A stretch of DNA of 64,000 bases from Candidatus Heimdallarchaeota archaeon. GTDB taxonomy: Archaea > Asgardarchaeota > Heimdallarchaeia > Hodarchaeales > Hodarchaeaceae. The DNA lies in contig JBHLSH010000002.1 of NCBI GenBank assembly GCA_048881705.1, positions 82,109 through 146,108 of the forward strand, given 5' to 3'. Below, in pieces: positions 1 through 8,651 of the stretch. How positions within the stretch are numbered: position 1 is the stretch's first letter; each line of letters begins with the position of its first letter. The notes under the pieces were generated by a model, which made no database searches, was not told the DNA's origin, and saw only the letters and a list, made by a program, of their open reading frames with translations. Both the position numbers and the translations under genes were made by a program.

Positions 1-2
1 AC

Positions 3-1544
3 AGATCGATAACTCCTTACGAGAACATTGATCCCGCAGGATCCGATATTATGCTCGGGGAAACGATACTACGCAAGAATGATCACTTGACACCCGTACG
101 TTTAGGTATCCTTGCAGCGCTAGGATATGATCGAGTTCCAGTAAGGACCCGCCTAAAAGTCGGCATTCTCTCTTCAGGAGATGAATTACGGGCCCCTGGG
201 GAATCACTTCCGATAGGATGTTTATACGATTCGAACTCAACTGTTCTAATGGGGCTTGTAGAGGACTGTGGAGCTGACCCAGAGTTCCTTGGAATTTGTC
301 CTGATAATATGAATGATTTTATTGAAACCCTGATTAGAAATCTAAGGATCCAGGATATAGTTTTAATTTCTGGCGGCACCTCGGCAGGAGAAGGAGACTT
401 TTCTTATCGGGTTATAACTGAATTAGGGGGCCGTTTATTATTTCATGGAATCTCGATGAAGCCAGGAAAACCATTGGCGGCAGGTTTGGTGGATGGCACG
501 CTCATCCTTACATTACCTGGATTTCCAGCTTCCTCCATCTTTTCGTTTAATGAGGTTGTTGCACCTCTTGTTTGTCATTGGACTAAAACTTCTCGGCCTC
601 AAGGCCAGACAATTCAAGCTAAAGTAGGCCAAAGACTCCGAAGTACACCAGGTCGAACTCACTTTAGATTGGTACATATTTTAAAAAAAGGAACAGATTA
701 TCACATTTTTCCTGTTAAGGGAAATAGCGGTTCTGTTTCGATGTTGGAACGAGGTGATGGATATATTATCATCCCTGCTGAAGTTGACTATCTTAGCATG
801 GGAACCACGGTACCGGTTTCCCTACTGCGAGAGGAACTTTCGATTCCAGATGTGGTATTTATTGGAAGCCATGATATCCTTATTGATTTACTTTTCAATG
901 ATTTTCGAGATACACATCCAAATTATGTCACAAAACTCATTTCAACTGGTTCAACTGGGGGGTTGGCGGCTCTCAAACAGGGAGCCTCCGATATCGCGGG
1001 GATTCACCTGTTAGATGCATCTACCAACACGTACAATATCCCGTATCTAGAAACCTGGGAATTAATGGAAAATGTTACAATTATAAAAGCTTATAATAGG
1101 GTTCAGGGATTATATGTTCCCAAAGGAAACCCAAAAGGTATAAGTAGGTTAGAAGATCTCGTTTCTCCCGACATTCTGTTTTTAAACCGAAATGAAGGAA
1201 GCGGAACGCGAGTATTATTTGATTCGCTATTAAAAAAGACCTTCGATGATCAAAACATTTCACAGCAAATCAACGGGTACTCATCAGTAGCATACTCACA
1301 TAGTGCGACCGCCTCCAGCGTAAAACATGGAAAAGTAGATGTGGCGATGGGTATCCAATACTATGCGAAATATTTTGGTCTAGATTTCATCCCCATAGGA
1401 GAGGAAGAGTATGACCTAATTATAAATAATTCAAGTCTTGAAAAGCCAGCCGTGAAGGCTCTTCTAGCAATATTTTCATCCACTCGCTTTCGCAATCAAG
1501 TGGAAACCAAGATCCCCAATCTTAAATGGACTGATAGAAGCTAA
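3..1544 (+). CDS. moeA: Molybdopterin molybdenumtransferase MoeA fused to a C-terminal PBP (substrate-binding-like) domain; 5' end lies outside the window
   Basis: Motifs VGILSSGDEL, ISGGTSAG, MKPGKP, LPGFPAS. C-terminal GSTGGLAAL/DIAGIHL/NRNEGSGTR is typical of the archaeal MoeA-PBP fusion. The frame is open upstream of ATG 51 back to position 3 (RSITPYENIDPAGSDI), so the gene is truncated. Confidence 0.92.
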   Translation, partial: RSITPYENIDPAGSDIMLGETILRKNDHLTPVRLGILAALGYDRVPVRTRLKVGILSSGDELRAPGESLPIGCLYDSNSTVLMGLVEDCGADPEFLGICPDNMNDFIETLIRNLRIQDIVLISGGTSAGEGDFSYRVITELGGRLLFHGISMKPGKPLAAGLVDGTLILTLPGFPASSIFSFNEVVAPLVCHWTKTSRPQGQTIQAKVGQRLRSTPGRTHFRLVHILKKGTDYHIFPVKGNSGSVSMLERGDGYIIIPAEVDYLSMGTTVPVSLLREELSIPDVVFIGSHDILIDLLFNDFRDTHPNYVTKLISTGSTGGLAALKQGASDIAGIHLLDASTNTYNIPYLETWELMENVTIIKAYNRVQGLYVPKGNPKGISRLEDLVSPDILFLNRNEGSGTRVLFDSLLKKTFDDQNISQQINGYSSVAYSHSATASSVKHGKVDVAMGIQYYAKYFGLDFIPIGEEEYDLIINNSSLEKPAVKALLAIFSSTRFRNQVETKIPNLKWTDRS

Positions 1545-1561
1545 AAGGCCGGTGTCGTTCT

Positions 1562-2005
1562 ATGGCGATTAATATATCTGATAAACCTATACAGAAACGG
1601 ACAGCGAAGGCCATGGGAAAATTATTTCTGTCTCCAGGCTCAATTAATCGTATAAAATCAAAAAGAGTTGAAAAGGGGGATCCGCTCGAAAATGCCCGTT
1701 TGGCAGCGATTCATGCGGTCAAAAAAACTCCTGAACTGGTATTCATGGCCCATCCAATTCCAATAGAAGGAGTTAAGACTGAACTCAACGTAAATGAGGC
1801 TGAGAATGCGATTATCTTAACTTGTTCTGTTACCTCAACAGCCAAGACAGGTGTAGAAATCGAGGCATTGGCAGGTGTAATGAATGGCTTGCTTGCCATT
1901 TTTGATATGGTAAAAATGTATGAAAAAGACTTCGAAGGAAATTATCCTCTATCCACTCGGATCGATAACGTTTGCGTTCTTTCCAAAAAGAAAGAGGATC
2001 TTTAA
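1562..2005 (+). CDS. moaC: Cyclic pyranopterin monophosphate synthase MoaC
   Basis: KGDPLENARLAA, KKTPELVFMAHP, KTGVEIEAL, IFDMVK motifs; position in the moa cluster. Confidence 0.92.
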   Translation: MAINISDKPIQKRTAKAMGKLFLSPGSINRIKSKRVEKGDPLENARLAAIHAVKKTPELVFMAHPIPIEGVKTELNVNEAENAIILTCSVTSTAKTGVEIEALAGVMNGLLAIFDMVKMYEKDFEGNYPLSTRIDNVCVLSKKKEDL

Positions 2006-2019
2006 GGCCGTACGGTTGA

Positions 2020-2547
2020 ATGAAATCCATGTCAACTAAAGAAAAGCATATCTTAGAACCTGATCTGGCGCTTTCTGCCCAGATTGTTGTTGTGAGCGAT
2101 TCTTTATCTGCCGCGGGCAGCAAGCGTTGGCGGAAGCTAGACAAATCCGCAAAACGAGCGGAACAAATCTTGAAAAACCGTCAAATCACCCTTTCTACCC
2201 CAATCGTCGTTCCTGATGATATCGAACACATTCAACGTTCAGTTTCTAAAGCACTGGAATTGAAGACGAATTTAATTATAACAATTGGAGGTACTGGAGT
2301 CGCCAAAAGAGACGTAACAATCGAGGCGATCCGACCTCTCTTAGAAAAGGAATTAATCGGATTTGGGGAACTATTTCGTCAAAAAACTTATCAAGAAGTA
2401 GGTACTGTTTCAATTATGACTCGTACCCTGGCGGGAGTTGCTCAAAAATCCTGTGTTGTTTGTTTGCCTGGATCACCAGATGCGGTAATCCTCGGATTAA
2501 AGCTTATTTTGGAAGAGCTTCTGCACATCATAAACCTACGGGGTTGA
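2020..2547 (+). CDS. moaB: MoaB/MogA family molybdopterin adenylyltransferase
   Basis: VVSDS, VVPDD, TIGGTGVAKRDVTIEA, GFGELFR, CLPGSPDAV motifs. Confidence 0.9.
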   Translation: MKSMSTKEKHILEPDLALSAQIVVVSDSLSAAGSKRWRKLDKSAKRAEQILKNRQITLSTPIVVPDDIEHIQRSVSKALELKTNLIITIGGTGVAKRDVTIEAIRPLLEKELIGFGELFRQKTYQEVGTVSIMTRTLAGVAQKSCVVCLPGSPDAVILGLKLILEELLHIINLRG

Positions 2548-2554
2548 AAGATTA

Positions 2555-3040
2555 TTGACAAATGTAACCAATTATAACATGCTCGGTCAGGTCCTAGAAA
2601 AAGATTCAATCACTTTGACTCAAATGCTCCATGAAACCAAGAAAAATCCAAATTTCAGAAAGGCAGGGGATATTATAACCTTTACTGGAGTTGTCCGCGA
2701 GACTACAGGAGATCCCGAGGGCGTTTCAGGCAAGAAGGTTGAGAAAATCGAGATTCAGGTTCACAAAGAAGTTGCAGATCGGCAATTAACTCTGATCTGT
2801 CAGGAACTCATCGAGACACATGATCTGATTGAGGCACGGATAGTCCATTTTTACGGAATATTTTCTCTAGGTGATGTTCTCGTCCACTGTATAGTGGCAT
2901 CGAAGCATCGAACAGAAGGATTTACTGCTTTAAAGGAAATGATAGAAGCCTATAAACATCGTGCATATATCTGGAAGGCAGAAATCTATACTGACGGTTC
3001 TGAGAAGTGGATTTCAACGATTCCCTTTAAAGAAACCTAG
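2555..3040 (+). CDS. moaE: Molybdopterin synthase large subunit MoaE
   Basis: GDIITFTGVVRE, ASKHRTEGF, K..AYIWKAE motifs. Start may be the ATG a few codons downstream of the TTG. Confidence 0.88.
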   Translation: MTNVTNYNMLGQVLEKDSITLTQMLHETKKNPNFRKAGDIITFTGVVRETTGDPEGVSGKKVEKIEIQVHKEVADRQLTLICQELIETHDLIEARIVHFYGIFSLGDVLVHCIVASKHRTEGFTALKEMIEAYKHRAYIWKAEIYTDGSEKWISTIPFKET

Positions 3041-3173
3041 GAATGTTCGTTTCACCATAGTCTCATTGAGGAAAACCGATGATAGAAACTAGCTTTATTT
3101 TTGGCAAGACTAAAGAAGAGCAGATATTGGCCGCCGAATCGAACAACACTCAACATGGTTCGAAAGGTTACGG

Positions 3174-3401
3174 TTGGTGACTTTGACATCGATCAAGAAA
3201 TGGGAAGATGATGATCTCTGGGTTACAATAGATCTTGATCTGTGTAATGCCCAAGGGGACTGTGTGGATATCTGTCCTGAAGAAGTTTACGCGATTGTAA
3301 ATGGAAAGGTCGTTGCGGACAATATTGCCGCATGCACCGAATGTGCTGCATGTGACGGAGTTTGCCCAACTGATGCCATTTTAGAGCATTGTTCATGGTA
3401 A
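3174..3401 (+). CDS. Small dicluster-type ferredoxin
   Basis: CNAQGDCVDICP and CTECAACDGVCP motifs; acidic composition. Confidence 0.88.
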   Translation: MVTLTSIKKWEDDDLWVTIDLDLCNAQGDCVDICPEEVYAIVNGKVVADNIAACTECAACDGVCPTDAILEHCSW

Positions 3402-3444
3402 TCTGCAAAAAATGTTTTGCCCAATCAACTTCTTTGTTCGTTCT

Positions 3445-3786
3445 TCATACCCCGAATCTTTTAACGAGGGAAAAGTCGGGGATATAGACATAGGCCATCA
3501 ATTTCTCCGATACAGTTTCTACTTCAACGAGGGATCTGTGATACAGAGAACCTTCTCCTTCAATACGATCGAGCTCCACCCAATGGGAGGATGTAACCTT
3601 AAAATATACCTCTCCTGGAACTGAAGATCTGAAATCCTCTACAATAAATGGAAACCCCAGATCAGGTGGTTGAACCTTCCTATAACCATGTAAGGTGGCA
3701 TTTTCGTACATTAAACCAGCCAATAGATGATGACGGCTTTGGCCTGACTGTAGGGTGCCATATACGAATAATCGATCGCATTCCAT
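3445..3786 (-). CDS. Gamma-glutamylcyclotransferase (AIG2/YtfP-like)
   Basis: LFVYGTL, VPGEVY and LDRIEG..Y.R motifs. Confidence 0.88.
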   Translation of the reverse strand: MECDRLFVYGTLQSGQSRHHLLAGLMYENATLHGYRKVQPPDLGFPFIVEDFRSSVPGEVYFKVTSSHWVELDRIEGEGSLYHRSLVEVETVSEKLMAYVYIPDFSLVKRFGV

Positions 3787-3801
3787 AAGACTGACTGTCC
3801 T

Positions 3802-5385
3802 TTATTGAATTTGGCGTCCATATGTCCGATTTAAGGCCGCCAATTCCTTTCCTTCTTCCGCAGTTAGTTGATTCCATGAAAATCTCCATTGCCAATTCCC
3901 TTCAGACGTACCTGGAGTATTCATCCGGCCATCCTGCCCAAGTCGGAGTAAGTCTTGAAGCGGGATAACACATAGCTGGGCTACCGAGCTCCATGCCAAT
4001 CTGATCAAATCTCCTACAATATCTTTACCTGGGGAGTTTGTATACTCTAAAACTTGCTGCTTTACGTGTCGGGGGCTATTTTTGAACCAACTTAATGTTG
4101 GAGGATTATCATGGGTTCCCGTATAAACTATGGTTTTAGTAGTAAAATTGTGTGGTAAATACTTGTTTGTTAAATTCTGCTTTTCGTTAGCAGACCCAAA
4201 AGCAAATTGAAGTACCCGCATGCCAAAAAACCCGGTTTGTTCTAGTAGTTGCTCGACTTTAGGGGTGATATAGCCAAGATCTTCCGCAATAATTGGGAGG
4301 GAACCTAATTCCTTACTTAAAGTCGAGAAAAGACATATTCCTGGTCCGGCGACCCACTTTCCGTTGAGGGCTGTTTCATCTTCTGCTGGTATTTGCCAAT
4401 AAGATTCAAATCCCCTAAAATGGTCGATTCGCAGTATATCCACTAACTGCAAGGAATGCTTAATACGTTTAATCCACCATCCATACCCGTCCTCTTTCAT
4501 TCGTTCCCACTGATAGATAGGATTTCCCCAACGTTGGCCTGTCGGAGAAAAATAATCCGGAGGGACTCCGGCCACGACCGTTGGATTCCCATCATCATTT
4601 AGGTAAAATAAATGCTTATTGACCCAAACATCCGCGGAGTCATGGTCAACGAAGATTGGGATATCTCCTATGATTTTGGCCCCTTTTTGGTTAACATATT
4701 CTTTTACTTCAACCCATTGCGTCCAAAAGAGAAACTGGACAAATTTATATAGTGAAATCTCTGACCTATGGTTTTGTCGCCAGTCACTAAGTGATTTTGA
4801 TGTTCTATTTCGTAACGACGGTTTCCATTCTGTCCAGGATGCCATTTTGTGCGCTTTCTTAATCGACATGAATAAACAGTAGTCTTCTAGCCAAAATGAA
4901 TTATCCTGTACAAACCGTTTCAAAAGAGATTCCAATTTATTAAAGGATCCAGATTCAAAATTTTGATTTGCGGCTTTTAACAACTCCCATTTGAATGGAA
5001 TCACCTTATCAAAGTCGACAGTCAAATCAGGGAAATTTTCAGGGCTCAAATTATCTAGTAAACCCTGATCGACTAATTTATCGGGACTTATTAACAAGGG
5101 ATTTCCTGCAAAGGCAGATATGCAAGAATAGGGAGAATTTCCATATCCTGGGGGACCTAGAGGAAGAATCTGCCACAAAGATTGGTGAGCCTCATCTACT
5201 AGGAAGTCTATGAACCTATAGAGATTCGGACCCAAATCACCAATTCCCCATTTGCCTGGAAGACTTGTAGGATGTAAAAGGATACCACTCAATCTATGGG
5301 ATTGAGAAGACCCATTTACCCAAGAAGCTCTCTGGGATGATATATGCATTCTCAATACCTTTCTTGAACCCCAGATACCGCTCAT
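3802..5385 (-). CDS. malQ: 4-alpha-glucanotransferase (amylomaltase, GH77)
   Basis: SGILLHPTSLPG, WQILPLGP, GDIPIFV, GVPPDYFS, RIDHFRGF, AEDLG, TGTHDN motifs. Confidence 0.96.
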   Translation of the reverse strand: MSGIWGSRKVLRMHISSQRASWVNGSSQSHRLSGILLHPTSLPGKWGIGDLGPNLYRFIDFLVDEAHQSLWQILPLGPPGYGNSPYSCISAFAGNPLLISPDKLVDQGLLDNLSPENFPDLTVDFDKVIPFKWELLKAANQNFESGSFNKLESLLKRFVQDNSFWLEDYCLFMSIKKAHKMASWTEWKPSLRNRTSKSLSDWRQNHRSEISLYKFVQFLFWTQWVEVKEYVNQKGAKIIGDIPIFVDHDSADVWVNKHLFYLNDDGNPTVVAGVPPDYFSPTGQRWGNPIYQWERMKEDGYGWWIKRIKHSLQLVDILRIDHFRGFESYWQIPAEDETALNGKWVAGPGICLFSTLSKELGSLPIIAEDLGYITPKVEQLLEQTGFFGMRVLQFAFGSANEKQNLTNKYLPHNFTTKTIVYTGTHDNPPTLSWFKNSPRHVKQQVLEYTNSPGKDIVGDLIRLAWSSVAQLCVIPLQDLLRLGQDGRMNTPGTSEGNWQWRFSWNQLTAEEGKELAALNRTYGRQIQ

Positions 5386-5401
5386 ACTTTATAGAATCTA
5401 C

Positions 5402-6844
5402 TTAAAATCCAAATCCTCCAAACAACCGCCGCGACATGTCTTCCGACTCATCTAATGCCACCAGGATCCTATCATTTGATTCTAGGGGGATCTTAAGTCC
5501 ACGGACGACTAGAGCATTTGTAATCATAATACTTTTGAATCCAGAAACTAGAAGGTCATTTTCGGTGTACGTTAGGGCATAATCGGCCGCCAATCGGCCT
5601 TGGATCTGGGTTCCTTGGCTGATTCCATACCTTCTTCCCTGTCTATCTGTAATAGTACGGCTACGTCGAAGTTCAGCTACAACAAAAACCTTACCTTGCT
5701 GGCGAAGTTGTTCAAATGATTGGGTCTTGTATTCAACCTTTAATTCCCCCCGTTTACTATCGACTTGGGCAATGTTTCGATTAAGTTTTATCTCAAGAAT
5801 ATCCGAATATGGCTTGAGAGAATCTAACCATCGTTTTACACTTTCTTGTACTGTTTCTCTTTTTCCATTATCTCGTATAAATTCCGCCTTCATACCATAA
5901 ACTATGGCTTGTTCGGTATTTTGACGATGATAAGGATCCAGATCATTCCTTCCTTGTGCATGAAGATGAACAGCATGCAAAGCAGAAACACAGCATAGGT
6001 TTGCTAAATCTACCAACCTGTTCGTGTCCTGTTGAACATCAAAGATCCGGATTTCTACTCGATTGGTCATTAATGAAGCATCTTTGTCGTCTCCAATGTT
6101 TGTGAATGGCCCTCGAGGTGTGATATCTACCAGTCGATCCCCCCGTGGATTTGTTACGACTTGTTTCACGTTATCTGGCGAGCCAAGCCGTAAGGTATAT
6201 CGCCGCCGCCCATAATATTGAATTGGAACAAGGGCTGCCACTTTTTTTGGCGTTTGGATCGTGGCAGATCCATTAGGCTTTAAAACCGAGCTATTAGCGA
6301 CACGTTGAGAAGCAATTCCACTGAAGCTGCCCTGGAATACCGCAGAATTTGCAGACAGAGCGATAAGCTCTGGCAAATAGTTCCAGAAATAATTGTGTAC
6401 TGCATAGAGTTCTTCAACATTCATGATGTGGTGTTGGACAGAAACGTTGATATGCGTTCCAACGATAGGATTTGGATCACTCTGGATTGGATGTAGGCTT
6501 TGGGCCAACAATTTAAAGCCAAGCTGTGCCGCAGCGTCGGACAATAACCGCCGACCCTCTGTAACCGCTTCATGGAGACGATGGGGAGGTAATGGAAGTG
6601 TAACGTATTCAATCTGCGTCAGTGCGGGTTCTGCGTCTAATCCTCGAACTCCAGTCATCAATGTCTCAAGTCGTTTCGGGTCCCTCTCTAAGATCTCTGC
6701 AGCACGTACCATACAATCATCAGCAGCCTCAACCAACGTACCATCCTTGTGAATGAGCAAAAATTCTTCCTCCACTCCACATAGAACAGAATAATCCCGT
6801 AATGATTCAAATGTAATTTCACGTGTCTCGCTAGAGGATAACAT
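5402..6844 (-). CDS. Glutamate-cysteine-ligase-like carboxylate-amine ligase (GCS2/YbdK family) with about 100-aa C-terminal extension
   Basis: GVEEEFLLI, QIEYVT, GTHINV, LIALSANS and RVEIRIFD match the GCS2 catalytic motifs. Confidence 0.78.
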   Translation of the reverse strand: MLSSSETREITFESLRDYSVLCGVEEEFLLIHKDGTLVEAADDCMVRAAEILERDPKRLETLMTGVRGLDAEPALTQIEYVTLPLPPHRLHEAVTEGRRLLSDAAAQLGFKLLAQSLHPIQSDPNPIVGTHINVSVQHHIMNVEELYAVHNYFWNYLPELIALSANSAVFQGSFSGIASQRVANSSVLKPNGSATIQTPKKVAALVPIQYYGRRRYTLRLGSPDNVKQVVTNPRGDRLVDITPRGPFTNIGDDKDASLMTNRVEIRIFDVQQDTNRLVDLANLCCVSALHAVHLHAQGRNDLDPYHRQNTEQAIVYGMKAEFIRDNGKRETVQESVKRWLDSLKPYSDILEIKLNRNIAQVDSKRGELKVEYKTQSFEQLRQQGKVFVVAELRRSRTITDRQGRRYGISQGTQIQGRLAADYALTYTENDLLVSGFKSIMITNALVVRGLKIPLESNDRILVALDESEDMSRRLFGGFGF

Positions 6845-7116
6845 GGAACCACACCTTATTAATTTCAGTAGCGCCTCGTTTTTGATCTGAGATGACTATT
6901 TAGATCTGATTATTTGATAATGATGGGGGTTTGTTAACTCACAACAGGGCCAATTAGAGGAACCGTAAAAGTCTCGAAACGAGTTACAACAATAAATAAT
7001 ACGGGACCTGTATTGATTTTCATTCTTCAATTTTTTAGATTTGTGATTTTAGAACTAGCCATAGTTGCAAATACAAAAGGAGTGATTATTCTTGACCAGA
7101 GTCTAAATTCACTTTT

Positions 7117-7139
7117 TATAGGATCGTCTTGATCCTATA
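7117..7139. repeat. Perfect 9-bp inverted repeat with 5-nt spacer (TATAGGATC-GTCTT-GATCCTATA)
   Basis: Read directly. Intergenic, between the 3' end of the 266-aa gene and the start of the ligase gene. Confidence 0.6.
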
Positions 7140-7247
7140 GTGGAATTCTAAGGTAGAAAGAGTGCTGCGCCTTCTCAGTATCGATTATACATCAAAGAAG
7201 GCCAATTTCCTGACCACACTATTATGCATCTCTGGAAATGGCAATAT

Positions 7248-8048
7248 TCAAACATTGAATACTGAATAAATCAGAGTTTCAAAGTTTCTGATTGCTTCCA
7301 TTGTCGGACCAATATCATTTATTGGGAGATAGATAGTATTATCTAAAGCGTAATCTAAATTGAGGAGAGGGATTCCATGATGAGTATGATTAGAGAGACT
7401 CCATGACCCATCCAAAATCCCAAGTATCTTGTGTTCTTTTGAAAAGACAAGTGAAAGAGAAGATCCATTGTCGTATGCAAGATCCATTAAGTATGTGGGA
7501 GGCCAAATTTCCGTCAAATTTGTAATCTGGTCTGTTGATTCGTTGATTGGTGTAATGGCCGCACGAAATTTGGTAAAAACTTGGTTCAGATCATTCTGGT
7601 CTATGTAGGCGAAATCGGCTAATGGCTCATGAATTAATGCCATCTGTTGGGAACCATTCGCTAAACGACCAACTCTCACTCCATCAATGTATTTGTTAAA
7701 GTGTGTACTTAGGTTAAGATTAGTAAAAGTGTTATTATAGCACCACACATATGCAATCTCGTCTTCTGATGCGCTCATTCTAGATGCAATTCGAAATCCA
7801 ATTCTGTTATCATCGGGAGGCTGCTCATTTTCTTCGACGGGCTTTAAAAGCAAGGAGAGTGAATTAAGAGCTATCGCTAGCACAATTATACCGCAAAAAA
7901 CTATAACTAGACCGTAAATTTCAGTTTTTTTTACATTCATTTTCTCTAATTCCTTTTCCAACAATTCTGAGGTGGTTAGGATTTTCTGGGATAGCGCCGG
8001 ACCCGTTAGAAATCTGAAAGAATCCGAACTGAGTATAGCCACAGTCAT
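7248..8048 (-). CDS. Hypothetical membrane-anchored, probably extracellular glycoprotein (true start possibly ATG at 7940)
   Basis: One N-terminal hydrophobic helix (IYGLVIVFCGIIVLAIALNSL) followed by a domain with many N-x-S/T sequons (NNT, NLS, NGS, NES, NLT, NHT). Confidence 0.7.
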   Translation of the reverse strand: MTVAILSSDSFRFLTGPALSQKILTTSELLEKELEKMNVKKTEIYGLVIVFCGIIVLAIALNSLSLLLKPVEENEQPPDDNRIGFRIASRMSASEDEIAYVWCYNNTFTNLNLSTHFNKYIDGVRVGRLANGSQQMALIHEPLADFAYIDQNDLNQVFTKFRAAITPINESTDQITNLTEIWPPTYLMDLAYDNGSSLSLVFSKEHKILGILDGSWSLSNHTHHGIPLLNLDYALDNTIYLPINDIGPTMEAIRNFETLIYSVFNV

Positions 8049-8651
8049 TTAAAGAACCAAATATTAGAACGGGGTTTCTACTCTTTAGAACGGAATAAGA
8101 GAGAATTTGTAAGATACCTCATATTTCATATCCTATTCTCTAGAACTTGATGATGTCCAATTGCGAACAGGATTGAAAGCATTTTGCCAAAAAATGGGAT
8201 TTCCTTCCTGGACAGAACCATCAACATGAAAATTACTTTTAGTGGTAGGTTTCACTCGGGATAATCTAGCAAAGACTACATAAAAACGATTTTCGATGGA
8301 AGATAAGACCTAAAAACGATTATTCCGTTAAATTATCGGACAGAATATCTAGTTTAGCTTATTAATTTTGATTTATGTTTTTTGATCGTCAAAAGATCAT
8401 GAAACTTTACGCTTACCACGAACATCTTGTAATTCCATGTTGTGAATCTGAGCAGAGAATACTAGACAGGGGTGTTTGTATCAAATCATTATATTTCCCG
8501 AACTCAATACTATAATGAGAGCCAATTTGCTATCGCAGTGGGGATTCACTCAATCAGCGACTCGTATACTGAAAATGAGGAAGTTATTGTTATTTATCGA
8601 TCCAGATGACGCTGGAATGATAAAACAGATCTACGCACGAGTGGATTCCTG

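Noticed and set aside
8130-8260. Short minus-strand open frame (VKPTTKSNFHVDGSVQEGNPIFWQNAFNPVRNW...)
   Set aside because: About 40 codons, weak start, no recognisable family.
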